A stretch of DNA of 51,784 nucleotides, counting the filler, from Streblomastix strix (Eukaryota), in the NCBI GenBank assembly GCA_008636045.1. It is 2 parts of 2 records of this genome, joined end to end, with 100 filler letters (N's around TTAATTAATTAA, not from the genome) between each part and the next. Parts side by side here need not be neighbours in the genome. Positions count along the whole stretch, not along the records: positions 25,950 to 51,784 come from SNRW01000190.1; 1 more part is not named here. The stretch is one strand, 5' to 3'. Shown piece by piece: positions 51,473-51,784 of this stretch; position 1 is the stretch's first letter; each line of letters starts with the position of its first letter. Below the pieces are notes generated by a model. It saw only the letters and a list, made by a program, of their open reading frames with translations, had not been told where the DNA came from and ran no database searches. Position numbers and translations under genes: made by a program.

Positions 51473-51784
51473 TGAAGAAAAATGATTGATAATATAATAT
51501 ATTAATTAATAGTTAAAATGATAAATTATTAGTTAATGAAAAATAAATTATTTCTTTTATTAATTATAAATCCTATATTCTTTAAAATGAAACACGATTG
51601 GGGCTCGTAGACAGTAACTATTTTTTGTTATTTAGAATAAAATGTTAGTATAGTGCCCCGATTTTTTGTTTTTATAATTTGGAAAAAATTGGTGCTAATA
51701 AAAAAACCGCTTTTTTAAAGCCAAAATCCCCATACTGGCGTGAAAAAAATTTCTATAAAGGGGGGTACGGAACCAGATATAGCA

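Overview
Very AT-rich eukaryotic DNA read with the ciliate/hexamitid-type code (TAA/TAG = Gln, TGA = stop) and short GT-AG introns. The best-fitting host is an oxymonad such as Streblomastix strix; that identification is an inference. The supplied standard-code ORF track therefore fragments nearly every gene. The window has two parts joined by an artificial 100-nt spacer (44 N + TTAATTAATTAA + 44 N, 25850-25949). The left part holds two related but divergent endogenous Polinton/Maverick-like (adintovirus-like) virus relics in opposite orientations. Element 1 (minus strand, ~1-14340) encodes a protein-primed family B DNA polymerase with an inserted HNH domain, a stand-alone HNH endonuclease, a DD35D rve-type integrase, a long repeat-shaft fibre-like protein and several ORFans. 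Element 2 (~15900-25849) is more decayed and carries an integrase, an A32-like packaging ATPase, two fibre-like genes, an amphipathic small protein and putative capsid fragments. The right part is host genes: a coiled-coil protein, a tandem SPRY-like protein, a signal-peptide helical protein, a PHO80-like cyclin plus a truncated copy, a C2-domain protein, a triple-RRM protein with a ~1300-aa Q/N/S-rich tail, and a SPRY-like gene. It also contains a 2.3-kb insertion flanked by a perfect 10-bp target-site duplication. All calls come from manual translation and motif recognition; no searches were run.
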